A stretch of DNA of 64,000 bases from Asterias rubens (lineage: Eukaryota): assembly GCF_902459465.1 (NCBI RefSeq), contig NC_047067.1:4588001-4652000 (forward strand), given 5' to 3'. The notes beneath the pieces were generated by a model. The model saw only the letters and a program-made list of their open reading frames with translations. It had not been told where the DNA came from and ran no database searches. The first letter of the stretch is position 1. Each line of letters opens with the position of its first letter. Of the stretch, positions 1-12,800 are shown one piece after another. Position numbers and translations under genes: made by a program.

Positions 1-3000
1 GCATTCTTCGCAAAGGTAGTTTGAGTGGCAAGCAGTGTGGGCTAGGATATTGGAGAACAGTTTTTGGCACAAGGGGCAGCGAGTAAGGACCCTAGCAATC
101 CTCTTAACGTCTTCAGGGACTTCTGGATCGCCATCACCTCCATCTTCTGCCTCAACTCCTACTGGCTTTGTCTCGTCACCCTCCTCACCTCCTTGAGATG
201 TTCCTTCGGGCGACCCATCCTGTGCAGCTTTAACAGCAGTGGTGTCTTCCTCTTCAGCTAGATGTGTCTGCCAGTGAGCCTTCATCACGTCTGCTGAGTC
301 AAGCTGGCTTGTGCATTTGCGACAGCAGTAGACTTGAGCGAGAACAGCGTCGGGCCCAAACAGTTCCTCGACTGTCTTCCTGTGAATTAATAACAAGTAT
401 TTTGTCAATTAATGATTATTTGAATCTCAACAAAAAGTTAAAAGTGTAAGTAAGTTTATGCAGCAGTGATAAATCAAACCTGGGCACACTGAAGGTCTTT
501 TGTTCATGATAGTGTATCCTTTCCACAAAGAAAACACAACCAAGCAAGTTCACAAAATACTTGTAAGTTTTTGCTGAACTCGACCTCATCTCTGAAATTA
601 TGCAACAAATGTGTTACGATCAAGCAAAATGAGTTTGTCGACTTACGTAAATTTGTTGTATACATTTGGAAAAAAACATTATCTATGCTGTTGCTTTGCT
701 TTATTATTGATAAACCCTGTGTTAATACCACCTTTGTTTCAAAACTTATGAAAGTAGAAACATCAAGAGATAACAAGGAATGAAACTGAGAAAATGTTTA
801 AAGTTTATTAACATCTACCGGCACATTTTCTTTTAGTTTTAACCTCTTTTTGATGTTATTCATCAGGAAGGAAGTTGCCAATGAATTTATAAAAAGAAAA
901 TATTTTACAAATGTCACCCCTGTTGGTCTTTTTGGGTTTTTTCTCCATAATATGTGTAACGACTCATTAGCCTGATCGCATTCAGAAATATTTAGGTATT
1001 TCTATCAAAGAATCCTTTAAAGCAATCACTCAACATCGGTGAACAGAATTGTCCAAACCCCCACACTTTGTGTATCACAATTTATATATAAAGTAACAAA
1101 CCTGTGAAAATTTAGCCTCAATCGGTCATCGAAGTCGGAAGAAAATAACGGGAAACCCACCCTTGTTTCCGCACGTTTCGCCGTGTCATGATATGTGTTT
1201 GAAATAAATCTGTTATTCTCGATATCGAGAATTGATAATTGTTTTAATGTTTTCTCAAAAAGTAAAGCATTTCATAGAATAATATTTCAAGGGAAGTCTT
1301 TCACCATGACCTTCTGATAACCCTGTAAGTTATTTGTAAATCTGTGGACTTTTAATTTTTGTTCTGTTCAGAAATGGTATAATAATGGCTTTAAAACCAG
1401 CACTTACGTTGCCGATCTAACCCTTCTCTGCTTGATTTTAAAGCGTTTCATACGCTTCTTTCGGGCGCTGGTTTGACGTAACTTCCTCCTCGGACCTTTG
1501 GCATTCTTCTCTTCTTTAATCGTCTCCTCTTCTTCCTCCTCCTCATCTTCCATGGCAGCTGCTTCTAATTCCTCCAATTCCTCGTCTGTTTCTGGCTTTG
1601 GAAGAGATCTTTTCCTCTGTCGCAGTGACTTCTTCTTTCCTTTAAGGTGACGCCCTAGCCACGCCTACAACAATGCAAAGAAAAAGGGAAGTTTTATTGT
1701 TGCTTTTGTTGGTCACAAATTATTTGAAAAGGACACTACTCAAAAAGAGATACCAACATGCATGCACATGGTGTTACCGCAAACCTCTCTTAGTAATAAT
1801 TCCGCCATGCAAAGTTTCAAAACCTACAAATTATTTGACGGTATGGAAACTGTGGGCAGGCAAGAATGTGAGTGCAACTCAATATTATAACCTTGGTATA
1901 ATAATAATGATAATGTGAGTCTTATATAGCGCCGGTATCTGCCAAAAAAAAAGGCGCTCATGGCGCTCGTTCATGATACAAAATAAAACAGTGTAACCAT
2001 TTAACAAAACAGATGCTTTCGCCTATGGTGCCATTTGCCCCATTGGTTGTAGAAAACACCATGGACCCTGTCACAGTGTGCAGCAATTGTATATTGAAAT
2101 ACTAAGCTGTATATACCTTCTTCAAGCCATGGCGACTCGGTTCATGTGGGGAGAAGTCTTGGTCCTCAAAGTCATCAATAATCTCGCCCTCCTCATCCTC
2201 CTCCCCATGGCTCACAATCTCCGCATCTTGCCCTCCTTGTCCATTCTCACCCTTAGGTTTCACAATCTTCGGCTCTTTCTTCATGATTTTTATCTTGATT
2301 TTGACTGGCTGTTTTTTCCTTCGCTGGCTTGGTTTTGGGGTTGCAGCTTTTCGGGCCCTGCACACAAAAAAATGTTTTTACATTTACAAATTTATAAATA
2401 AAGTGGAGTGTAGAAGTTGGGAGACAGCCAACTCTTAACATCTTGCTTTCAGTAAATTCAGTTGAAAAATTCTTACTTTTACAGCATCATACAAAATTAA
2501 TTATACAAGAATTTAAAAGAGTTCATGCTGCAGAAAGTTAGTTTTACAAAATAAACTAGTGCTTTAATTAACCGTAAGAGTGTCACTCGTGTTTCCTTTT
2601 TTGAATTTTATATCCAATGTCAGCGAATAACTGACATTTACAGGTGCATATTCGTTATTTAGCATTATGAATATTCATGTATGTTCATTAGCTGGCTTGA
2701 ATATTGATGTGACCTATACCCCATAGTGGGAATAATGCACATCATTAGACCATGGAGGAATACATTTATTCCTCCATGATTAGACCCACACCTGACCCAG
2801 CAGTGTTGTAGTTGACTTAAGCTGAGCAGGTTCCAACAACAATAGGTACTCAGTATCTGAGGAATGCTTCAGTTGGGGTTTACAGAGTTGAGAATGGTGT
2901 GCATTCATCAGGTCATTTCCAGTTTTGAATAAGAAAAGAAACCGAGGTTAAAGTTGAGTGCACGTTTGAATAATGATTGAGATGATGTAAAGTAAGATGC

Positions 3001-4923
3001 ACATTTTGAGTTCTGTGTTTTCCTGTGTGAAGTACAGGTCAAACTTAAGTTGGGGGCGTTGTCTCCAAGATCTGTGAGGACTTCCCAATACCACACAGCT
3101 CACTGTCTCAGTTTTATTAGATCCAAGCATTAAGGCGTGTGTTTTCTGTTGCAAGAATCTATTTGGAATAACTTAAAGCTTAAGGGCAAGAGAGGAGACA
3201 AGTCTGGGGAGGGATCAACAACTGTAAGTTCAAACTTTTGTGTATTTATATTCTTTTGGATTCAGACTGGCACACAAGAACAAAGGTTTTGACAAAATAG
3301 GGAGAGCTATTTTGTTTACGTTGCAAAAAATGTTTGCATTGTAACATTCTAGTTAAACAAACTTTCAGGCGACCCAAAATTTGTTAGGGGAAGTTTAGTT
3401 TACTTGTGTTCACCCCCCCGCAACATAACAACCTCATCCCTGATAATGTAACATTAACATTCCAATATAACAACAGACATTTGGGTAGTGATTAGTTTAG
3501 TAAGGTTAGTCTGTTTTGCTACAATATTACAATGTTATATAGAAAAGTTGCTGTTCAGCAACTTTAATTTTACATTTTGATATGGAAGGTATGAAATAAG
3601 AGAGTATTTTTTGCCTCAAATCCTATATAGAGTATTTTTAGTTATTCATTTTACATGTGACCGTACCTTTGTATAACAAGGGCAGCGATTCCTTTTCTCT
3701 TGAAGAAACTGGCAAGTTTACTTTTGAGTTTGGGGTCATTGCACTTTGAGCCCCACACAACATCTCCTTCAACTGTTGCTTCCATGCTGCAATAAAAAAA
3801 TCCATAGCCATGATTATTTTAAGAAAGTGGTAAAATCAGGCAATCTGGTCAAATAGTCTGACAAATGGTTGAATATTTTGCACAATTTTTACATACAAGA
3901 GTCATATTAACCCGCTGGTCTAAAACGTTCGGGAGGATGGAGGGTTCTGATTATCGCAAACTACCAAACACTAGAACTGATTATTCAATAACTACCTACG
4001 TTCATTGCTTGGTGATTCTAGCCAAAGTGTAGCTAAATGTAAGTAAAGTTCTTTGCAAGTCACTTACTGAAGGTGCGATTGCTCTTTTGAAGGGTGTAAG
4101 GGGACTTTTTGGTGAAGTGGGGGATATGGTCAGAACCAGAAGGGCAGATTTCCCCCAAACACTTGCGCACAGAGAGATACAAATAACCAATAAACACCAA
4201 GCAGACTGAACTATAACGGTTTTAACAACATAAAAAGTCTTCTGTAGCAGGATGCTCTTTCACTTCAGTCCAAATGTTTTTCTTCTTGCATAGCCCACAT
4301 TTTCTGCACCGCTTTGCCCAAAATGTGGAGTAATCTTTCCCCGAACATATCATGTCAACAGTCCACAGGCGCTGACAATGTTGAAAGTAAAATAATGCTT
4401 ATTAATTAAAGTTTAAAACAAATATAGCGCTTTGCCTTTGTCAACTCGAACATTCTTTAAATTTTTAATCTTCATCAACTCAAGACAACAAACCAAACAA
4501 AACAATAATTTAAGAAAGCACTATCTTTTTACTAAAGACTTTAGCTTCAGAGTTCTCAATGGTCTCATCTACGATCTATTCTAAGACCTCGTTAGCTTTT
4601 CACTTGACTAGTTTGTACACAACACACTGGACTAGCCCAGTCGTAGACTAACTAATAGAAAATGTAGACTACACAAATCCCTACCCATCCAAAAGCACTT
4701 CAGCAAGCTGTGCATGCGATTCCAATCCCAGTCGGGTTTTCATTGCGTCCCATCGCTCCAGCTGATTCCCAATCGCCACCTGCCGCAGTCGACTACTCCT
4801 TGGTCTCCTGGACGTAGTAGATTCGGAATTAACTGACGATTTTCTCCTCCGAGTTCGACCAGGATTGGTCTCGGTTAAAGGAGAAATCGGGGCGATTTCG
4901 ACCTCATCAGAACACTCCTCCAT
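1..4923 (-). CDS. C2H2 zinc-finger gene A (3' incomplete; continues left of the window), with ZNF692/ZNF653-like N-terminal motif
   Basis: Exons joined by hand with GT-AG sites and consistent phases: 4923-4685 (caacATGG; MEECSDEV...RWDAMKTRLGLESHAQLAEVLLDG), 3786-3667 (120 nt; two frames open, less certain), 2357-2117 (ARKAATPKP...RHGLKK), 1664-1408 (AWLGRHLKG...acidic/basic), 379-<1. The last exon has CRKC-x12-HWQTH, an atypical CPLC-x9-HTACH and the start YLCEEC. Extra small exons between 4684 and 2358 are not excluded. Confidence 0.8.
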
Positions 4924-6463
4924 GTTGAACTGGCCCAGAGTGGACAAGAGGTGGCGCTGCATTGTAAACAAGAACATGCGGTTTTTTGTATTGATTTCTT
5001 TTATGCGCAAAAAGGGAGGGGCCGGGCGTTTGCGGTCACGAAAGAGCCATTAACAAAAATCACCAATTAACTCTGAATATGTGGCACTTTCAATGGGTTT
5101 ACCCAGACAAACATTTTTGTTTGATAATAGCTATTGTTAGAGTTTCTTAAAGGATTTGGTCGTTGCGGATTCTTTGTCGTAATGAGACCAGATAAACTTT
5201 GATGCGTATGCGATCCGCAGAACTTTTTATGAGCATCCAATTCACCGAGTTTAAAAGTGGGTCCGTTCACTATGCTTTGAAAGAGCGAGGGCGCTATACG
5301 ACAAGAGTTTTATGTTTTGAACTTTTTTAGGCGACAATAATAGTAGAACAAAACCTAATACTAATTAATGTGTCATTTCAAACAAGGGCTATGATTTCAA
5401 ACTAACGGCTTGTAATTTTATGAACCTCCATGGTTTATCATACAAATTTCTCGGCAGGAATTTTTTTTTATTGATTTCAAAAAGAACATCATCTGGTCCT
5501 CTTTCTAGATTAGAAGAGGGCTTTGGAATTAAAGACACAACTGAGTAAATTTTTCAATCACTTTGAGGGAAAATTTGTATTATTGCAGGTTTTTGTTGCT
5601 TTTAAACCTCAAGTGGCCCCATTCTCAAACCATTCATAATTGATTACTGTTTGTAAAGTCACCGTTTGCATGGAGCCATGCTTAATGAACAACACTCCAT
5701 TCTAAAACTTGTTATTTGATTTTACATTTTTGTCGTGGACTTTATGTGGAAATGTAATTCTGCAAAACTTGTTGATTTTGTAATGAGTCAGAAAGAGGGC
5801 AAAGCTACAGCTAACTGCAACAACTGTAAGTGACCAAATCTAGTTGGCTTCACTGTTAAGGCAAATGCAAATCCTTTGTTTAGTGTAGACATAGTCCACC
5901 AGCTCCTCGGAATGTGCCTAGGCCATTAAACCTGATCATGGAGGTAGAAATAGAACTCCATGACCTGACTGAGATTCTTTGTTTTACTTTCAAAACAAAT
6001 ATTTTCTCTTCAGTCAAGAAACTTCACAGAAATCAAAACAAATACAAGAAACAAATTTTACATAATACAGATGTATGAATACGTTATTCATTCACAAAAA
6101 CAGATGTTACAAAACAAATACAACTTATTTTTTTTATTTTTTTTTTTAGACACAAAACATTAATTCACTTGGATTGATTTTATGACTAATTGGATTTTCG
6201 TTGAAAATAATGGAAACAATCACCAGAAATAACAATTTTACTTTTAAGGGAAGTTAACGTGAATGTATGTCTCATTGCAAAATAGGGGAAACAAGAAACA
6301 CAATTGTTGAGCTCGTTGGTGTAATACTACTTGTATTTAAACATAAACTTAAAGGCACTGGCGCACCTTTGGTATTTACTGCCAAAGACCAGTATTCTCA
6401 CTCGCTGCCAAAGTGTACGTTTTAGGACCACAATTCAGTTTTTGTTTATTTGCTAAGTGTCTT

Positions 6464-6969
6464 TTAAAACCCTCCTACTGATACACCATTCAAAACCATT
6501 CAAAATTAACTAACGTTTACAACCCCATTGTTTTTGTACACACATGGCAGTACCATTTGAGCAGGGTTGATGATAAGCTGTACTACCACTTAAAACCATT
6601 CAGATGGTTTCGAGCTGTGCATAAGCTGTACCTGTGTGCATTACCATAGCCGAATGGTTTCAGATGGTCAGCAAGCTGTTTAACAAATCCTGTAGTGTCT
6701 ATGACATAGTGTGTGGTAACCTCGTAGCCAAGGACAGATTGGTCACCCCCACACCGCCTGGTATCACTCAGTCATGACAAAGTGGGATCCTTGATGCACC
6801 ACTTAAAACAATCCTCATAGGATTCTGTACCAGCTGCACCACCATTCAAAACCATTTGGGGAACCAACTCTCTGCACAGCTATCATACCATTCAATACCA
6901 TTCACTTGAATGGTTTCAAATGGTGTATCAACTTGTTACAAAAAGGCGCCGATTGTAGGAGGGTTTTAA
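6464..6969. mobile_element. MITE-like element flanked by TTAA
   Basis: ttaa-AACCCTCCTAC (6468) ... GTAGGAGGGTT-ttaa (6965); interior rich in CCATTC/GAATGG motifs; no ORF. Confidence 0.65.
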
Positions 6970-7029
6970 TCAATATTGATGAATTAAAATAAACCAGAAA
7001 CAAAAAACACAAAAAATCTGTGACAATTT

Positions 7030-7302
7030 TTACTCAATTGGTCATTTAGGTTGCATGAGAACAATGACAGAAAAAAAAACACCCTCGTTGCATAAACTTG
7101 TGTGCTTCCATACCTAATAAAAGGCTTCTGACCTGAAGTCTTTTATTATTTGAGTGAGAAATTACCTCCTCAAAAACTATGTTACTTAAGAGGGAGCCAT
7201 TCTTCACAATGGTCTATACTATCAACAGCTCCCCATGGCTTGTTACCAAATGAGTTTCAATGCTAAGTTATTTTGAGTAATACCAATAGTGTTCAGAGCC
7301 TT
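7030..7302 (-). mobile_element. Degenerate copy of the TTAA-flanked ~370-bp MITE family
   Basis: Matches the reverse complement of the 7321-7702 family with many substitutions. Confidence 0.6.
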
Positions 7303-7320
7303 TTATATTATTGTTTTTTA

Positions 7321-7702
7321 TTAAAGGCAGTAGACACTACTGGTAATTACTCAAAATAATTATTAGCATAAAACCTCAGTTGGTAAAGAGTAATGGGGAG
7401 AGTATAAAACATTGTAAGAAACGGCTCCCTCTGAAGTGACGTAGTTTTCGAGAAAGAAGAAACTTTCCACGATTTTGATTTCGAGACCTCACGATTTAAA
7501 ATTTGAAGTCTCGAAATCAAGCATCTGAAAGCACACAACTTCGTGTGACAAGGGTGTTTTTTTCTTTTATAGTTATCTCGCAACTCTGACGACCAATCAA
7601 GCTCAAATTTTTATACAGGTTTGTTATTTTAGGCATATGTTGAGAAACACCAAGTAAGAAGACTGGTCTTTGACAATAACCAAAAGTGTCCATTTTCTTT
7701 AA
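7321..7702 (+). mobile_element. ~370-bp TTAA-flanked MITE (Kolobok-like non-autonomous element), reference copy
   Basis: ttaa-AGGCAGT(A/G)GACAC ... GTGTCCA.T.(C/T)CT-ttaa ends; internal hairpin GATTTCGAGACCTC...GAGGTCTCGAAATC. TTAA plus purine-purine termini fits Kolobok (inference). At least 12 copies in the window. Confidence 0.8.
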
Positions 7703-9843
7703 GATGAGAAGATTTGCAAGGTGAAGGCATAATACAATAATGTTGATTGCTACAAGCGTTACACCAAGTAATTTATCTCTTATTGAGGTAGTGCTGCTCT
7801 GAGAACTGAACTTAACACTACATTTCAAACTACTACACTGTAACAACCACTAAAGTTCCAATTCATCAAATGATCTGGGCCAAATCTCATGGTAGCAAAA
7901 AAACCTGCCTAGCACAGGAAGTTCTTGCATAAAGCCAAGACAGACTACCAGCCAACATTAAGGTTACAATTGTGGCGTCTAGTGCACGACTTGCGTTTGT
8001 TTTGTTTTACTCGGCAAAGAATTTTCTGCTAAACAGCTTTATGAAATTGTGCCCCGTCAGGAAACATTTGACAGGCTTACCTTGCTCATCCAACGCTAGA
8101 TTGCGGAGCGGATCCCCAAATAATCTTTATCAATCAAAATAAAAGAGATTCCCAAAATCTGATTCTTCAATCATCATCTTTCTGATGTACTTTCAATGTA
8201 AATCAAAACCATACTATGGAACATAAAACAAATGTATAATACAAAACGGTGTATAATAATAATTTAGCCAAAAAGGCACCCAGGACATGCAGGTTTAATG
8301 AGAGAGGCAAAAATAGGCAATTACCTCATTGCCCCTCAACATTGCCTTTGTGCCCTTTGAAAATGTTTCAGCACAAATTTAGAAGTACCCTTTACCAATG
8401 AAATATTTATCCTTATACCCTTACAATAAAGAAATACCAGGCCCGACTTTGGCCAGCATATACTTTTGTCATGGCTTAGACAGCTTCATAGAGAGGCTAT
8501 CCCAAGCGACTGGTACATGTAGGTCTCCCCTTCCAGTTGCTATGGATCGCAGCTCTACAAAGCTGTCGAAGCCACGAAGGCCTTGACAAAAGGCTACGAT
8601 ATAAGTAAATAAATAAATAAATAATATTTATAAGGCGTTGCACTGCACCCCATTCTGCATTCTAAACTTACATGTTTCAATCGCTTGATTACTAACTAAG
8701 CTCATTACAAATTTTGACATTGATTTCACTTATTGTCCTCATTTAAAAAAAAATATAGCAGTTCGATTTCCACTATGAAATCGTTAAGAAACTAGCAATA
8801 AATATTATACAAATATACGTATGCCTATGCAAAAGTACATTATAGACATGATGAATTTCCAAAGTACAAAAACAGATCAACTGATACATGTTTGATGAAT
8901 TAAACGGTATGCCTGATAAACATCAGCCGGTTTCTTATGATCAAGAGGCTCACCATGTAGTGTTACCCTTGTCCTAGGAAAATCATGTGAGAAACAAATG
9001 GGAACTGTATTAAAGTCAACATTTTTAGGCCTTGAATTTGTTGTGAATGAAATGAGATTAGGCCTAAAAAAAACTATAAATATTTGCTGTTGATGGTTTG
9101 AAATTACTTTTCTTGGAATTACTTTGACGTTGCAAAATGTTTACGACTTGAGATGTATCATAAATAAACAAACTCCCGCAGAGTGAAAGAATTAAACCAA
9201 TATTTAGCAACCACAGAAATGAACTGAGTCAAGTACATTTCACTCACAGTTGACAAGAACTGAAAATTGCAATCTACTTCAAAAGTTGAGATTGCTGTAT
9301 TACACATCATTTTTATGTAAATAAACTTGAACATGCTTGTTTGAAATCAGTGTAAAAGAAAAAAGTATAACTCTATTTCTGCCCATTATTCCTTTTTAAA
9401 TCACAAAAAAAATCTTAACTTGGCCTTAGTAATTCAATCTTTGCATGCCATGATCCAAGTTGATTCTTGTCATTTTATTTGAGGATTGTAGAAGCAACAT
9501 CTATAACCGGTCCGTATCAAAGCTTGTGCACCTTTAATTCATTGCAGTTTTAACCCATCTTTGTAACTATTGCACGCAAAACCATACCAGTTTATGCTTA
9601 CAGTTTTATCATCCAATCAAAGTAACAAAAGTTTACTTGAACAAAAAGAAGAGAGTTTAGTGTTTGTGCAAAACACAGAGAGAACATTTCCTTTTTGTTG
9701 AGTTTTGAGATGGAGTTTTATATTCAATTCTGCTTCGCCTCAATATTCAAATAGAATATATCAATTCATGAAAATATTCTCACCATTGCACTCATGAACT
9801 TTTATAATTTGTGTTGCACATACATGTAGCTGAATTGGGTGAG

Positions 9844-12800
9844 TTATTGCATTTTCAAGGAATCGTCAAGGCTTTCAATAGTAGCCTTAGTGAGCGACTG
9901 TGACAGCCCATTGGCAACTTCACAGTGTGGCCATGTACCAGAAGAAGACATTGGAACGACACTTATATAAGAACTATGACCCTGGCAAGAAAATTCAGCA
10001 ATCTCCAATGGCACTTCCTCCTGCGTTAAAAAGCTGTCTTCCTTGGGAGCATCTTCCCTTACTTCTTGGTGGGAATCTAGAGAAGGGATTGTAGGGATGG
10101 GTGATATGACTAGTGCAGAGTTGTTGAACTCCTCCTCTCCCGATGTTTGAATTATCTCAACAGAGACATCAGGCCCCTGTTCTGAGGTTTCATCTAAGAA
10201 ACACTTTGCTTTACCATGCTTTTTACTGACGTGTCTAAACAAACTTGGCTGATGAAAGTAACTGTTAGGGCACTTAGGACACAAATACTTGCTCCTCTTG
10301 TGTTTGGGGAAACGTTTTCCTTTTGATTGTTCCTTTTGCTGGGAAGTCGAAGCAGGAGCATGAGAGACATTGGATGATGATTTTGCCTTCAAGTCATTAC
10401 CTTCATTAGTGGATTCTCGTTTGATGGCCATTTGAGAACGTGACAGCGTTATACCATGTTTTTGTTTGATATGTCTCCACAAACTCGACCAAAGTTGATA
10501 ACGGGGTTGCTCACAATGAGGACATTTTATTATTTGAACATTACACTGACCTTCAGTACGACTAAAAATCTTCTTCTTTTTTGACAAGAAAGGACGAAGC
10601 TTCCATCCTTTGTGCTCCCTTCTTCTGCTCAGAGTTTGAGAATTATTGACAGATACAGGGACACAATGAACTTTCGGTGACTTGTTCCTGTTTGAGGAAG
10701 CCTTGGAGAAATATCTAGAGGCTATCTGTTCAGAAACTGTAGATGTACCTACATGTATTGTTGTTCTTTTACAAGTCTTTCTCAGATTTGTGGAAGGTTG
10801 GGCAGGGATGTTTGGAATAGTGGACAATGACATCAGCCTATCTGTCTCTTGACACGACAACTTGGTAATCTCTACAGTGACATCGAGCTCATGTTTCAAA
10901 AGTGCATGAGACGCAAAATGTAGAGGGCTTGTAGGTCTACCTGAAGATTGAACTGTGGAAGTTGGTTCAGTGGTCGGTGATAGTACCTCGTCTGCCTCTT
11001 CATCTGAAAGCTTGCAAGACTCCAAGAAGTCTAAACGCTCAAGCTTCACAAATACCTGAGAAACAGACTGTTGCAGGCTTTGACCTAAAGGATATTCCTC
11101 TGTCTCCATTTTGTCGGCAGAAGGTGTACATGTATCAGGCGTTGAAGAAACAGGAGACTGTGAATGTGTTGTAATGTCCTCTTTAGTGGCGTCCTCCTCC
11201 CCCGATGTCTCTGTTTTTATATCAATAACCCCAAACTCCTTTGTGGCAGTTGTCAAAGGTAAGGACCGTTCTTGGCTGTGTATATTCTTAACATGTCTCC
11301 AGAAACTCTGTCTGAAAGGAAACCAATGAACGCAATAAGGGCACTGGAATCTTTTTTTCACTCGTTCAGTTGCAGAACGTTTCTCAGTTTTTCTTGTCTT
11401 CTTTGTAGGTGTTGGGTTGGGGATATTTGTAGCAGTTGTATGTGATGCACGTCTTCTTTTAGTGTCTCTCTTCCTACTTGTTTTAGTGTCTCTCTTGCTT
11501 TTCTCCACACCTTTTGAATGTTTATTTGGCTTAACCTTAGGGGAAGGTTTGGGAAGAACAAGTGGAACAGTCCGACTCAAGTTTTCTACATCCTGCAACC
11601 CTGCTGTCTCCAAAGGACTTTTCTCCGTCTCTCTACTGCCAAAGGGAGGTATATCAGCCGTTAAAGAAACATGTGACTGTGAATGTATTGTAGTGTCCTC
11701 TGTTGTGGTGCCCTCCTCAGTTGATACTTCTGTATTTATATCCACTACCTCAAACTGCTTTGCTGTCTGAGGTAAGGACTGTTCCTGGCTGTGTATATTC
11801 TTAAGGTGTCTCCAGAAACTCTGTCTGAAAGGAAACCAATGAACGCAATGAGGGCACTGGAATATTTTTTTCACTCGTTCAGTTGCAGAACGCTTCCCTG
11901 TCTTCTTTTTGGGTGGTGGAGTGGGAATGTTAACAGTTGTACGTGACGCACGTCTTGTTTCAGTGTCTCTCTTGCTACTCGTGTTAGTGTCTCTCTTGCT
12001 ATTCTCCACACTTGGCTCTGCGACATCAAAAGGGACTTCTAAATTATTGTGGGCTGGTGTCTGACAAGATGGTGTTACTGGATTGTGGTTTTGTTTAACA
12101 TGTCTCCATAAACTCTGACGGAAACGGTACCAGTGAAAACAGTGGGGACATTGATACTTTCTCAATGGTTTAGGTTTACCTTGTGTGCGTTTATGTGGCT
12201 TACTTTTAGGGGAAGGTTGAGGACGATCGTGTGGAACAGTCTGAGTTAAGTCCTCTTCAACTGGCAACCCTGCTGTATCCAATGACATTTTATATCTACC
12301 TAAAGGACATTCCTTCGTCTCGTCTCCGCCAAAGAAAGGTGTATCAGGCGATGAAGAAACAGGGGACTGTGAAGGTATTGTAGTGTCCTCTTTTGTGGCG
12401 CCTTTCTCAACCGACATTTTTGTTTTTATATCCAAGCCTTCATACTCCTCTGTGACATCAGCAGAGACCTCAAGTTTATTTTGGGTTGGTGTCCGACAAG
12501 AGGGTGTTTTGGGACTGTGGTTTTGTTTCGTATGTCTCCATAAGCCTTGTCGGTATAGAAAGCGGCAAACACAGTGAGGACATTGATGACACGCTATCAA
12601 TGGTTTAGATTTACCTCTTTTATGTGGCTTACTTTTAACAGAAGGTTTAGGAGGTACACTTGAGTCCGTCACATCAGAGGGGACCCTGTTTACAGGTTTA
12701 CCTGAAGTCCGTTTAAGCTTTCTTCTTTTGGAAGGTGAATCAAGCACTGGAATCTGAGACGGTTCTGAACATAGACCAGTCCCTTTGGTACTGTTCCCCT

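Noticed and set aside
2790-4370. Additional candidate exons for gene A (around 4365-4068 and 3220-2790)
   Set aside because: Acceptor-like sites exist, but the frames either stop or give no consistent phase chain; the model closes without them.
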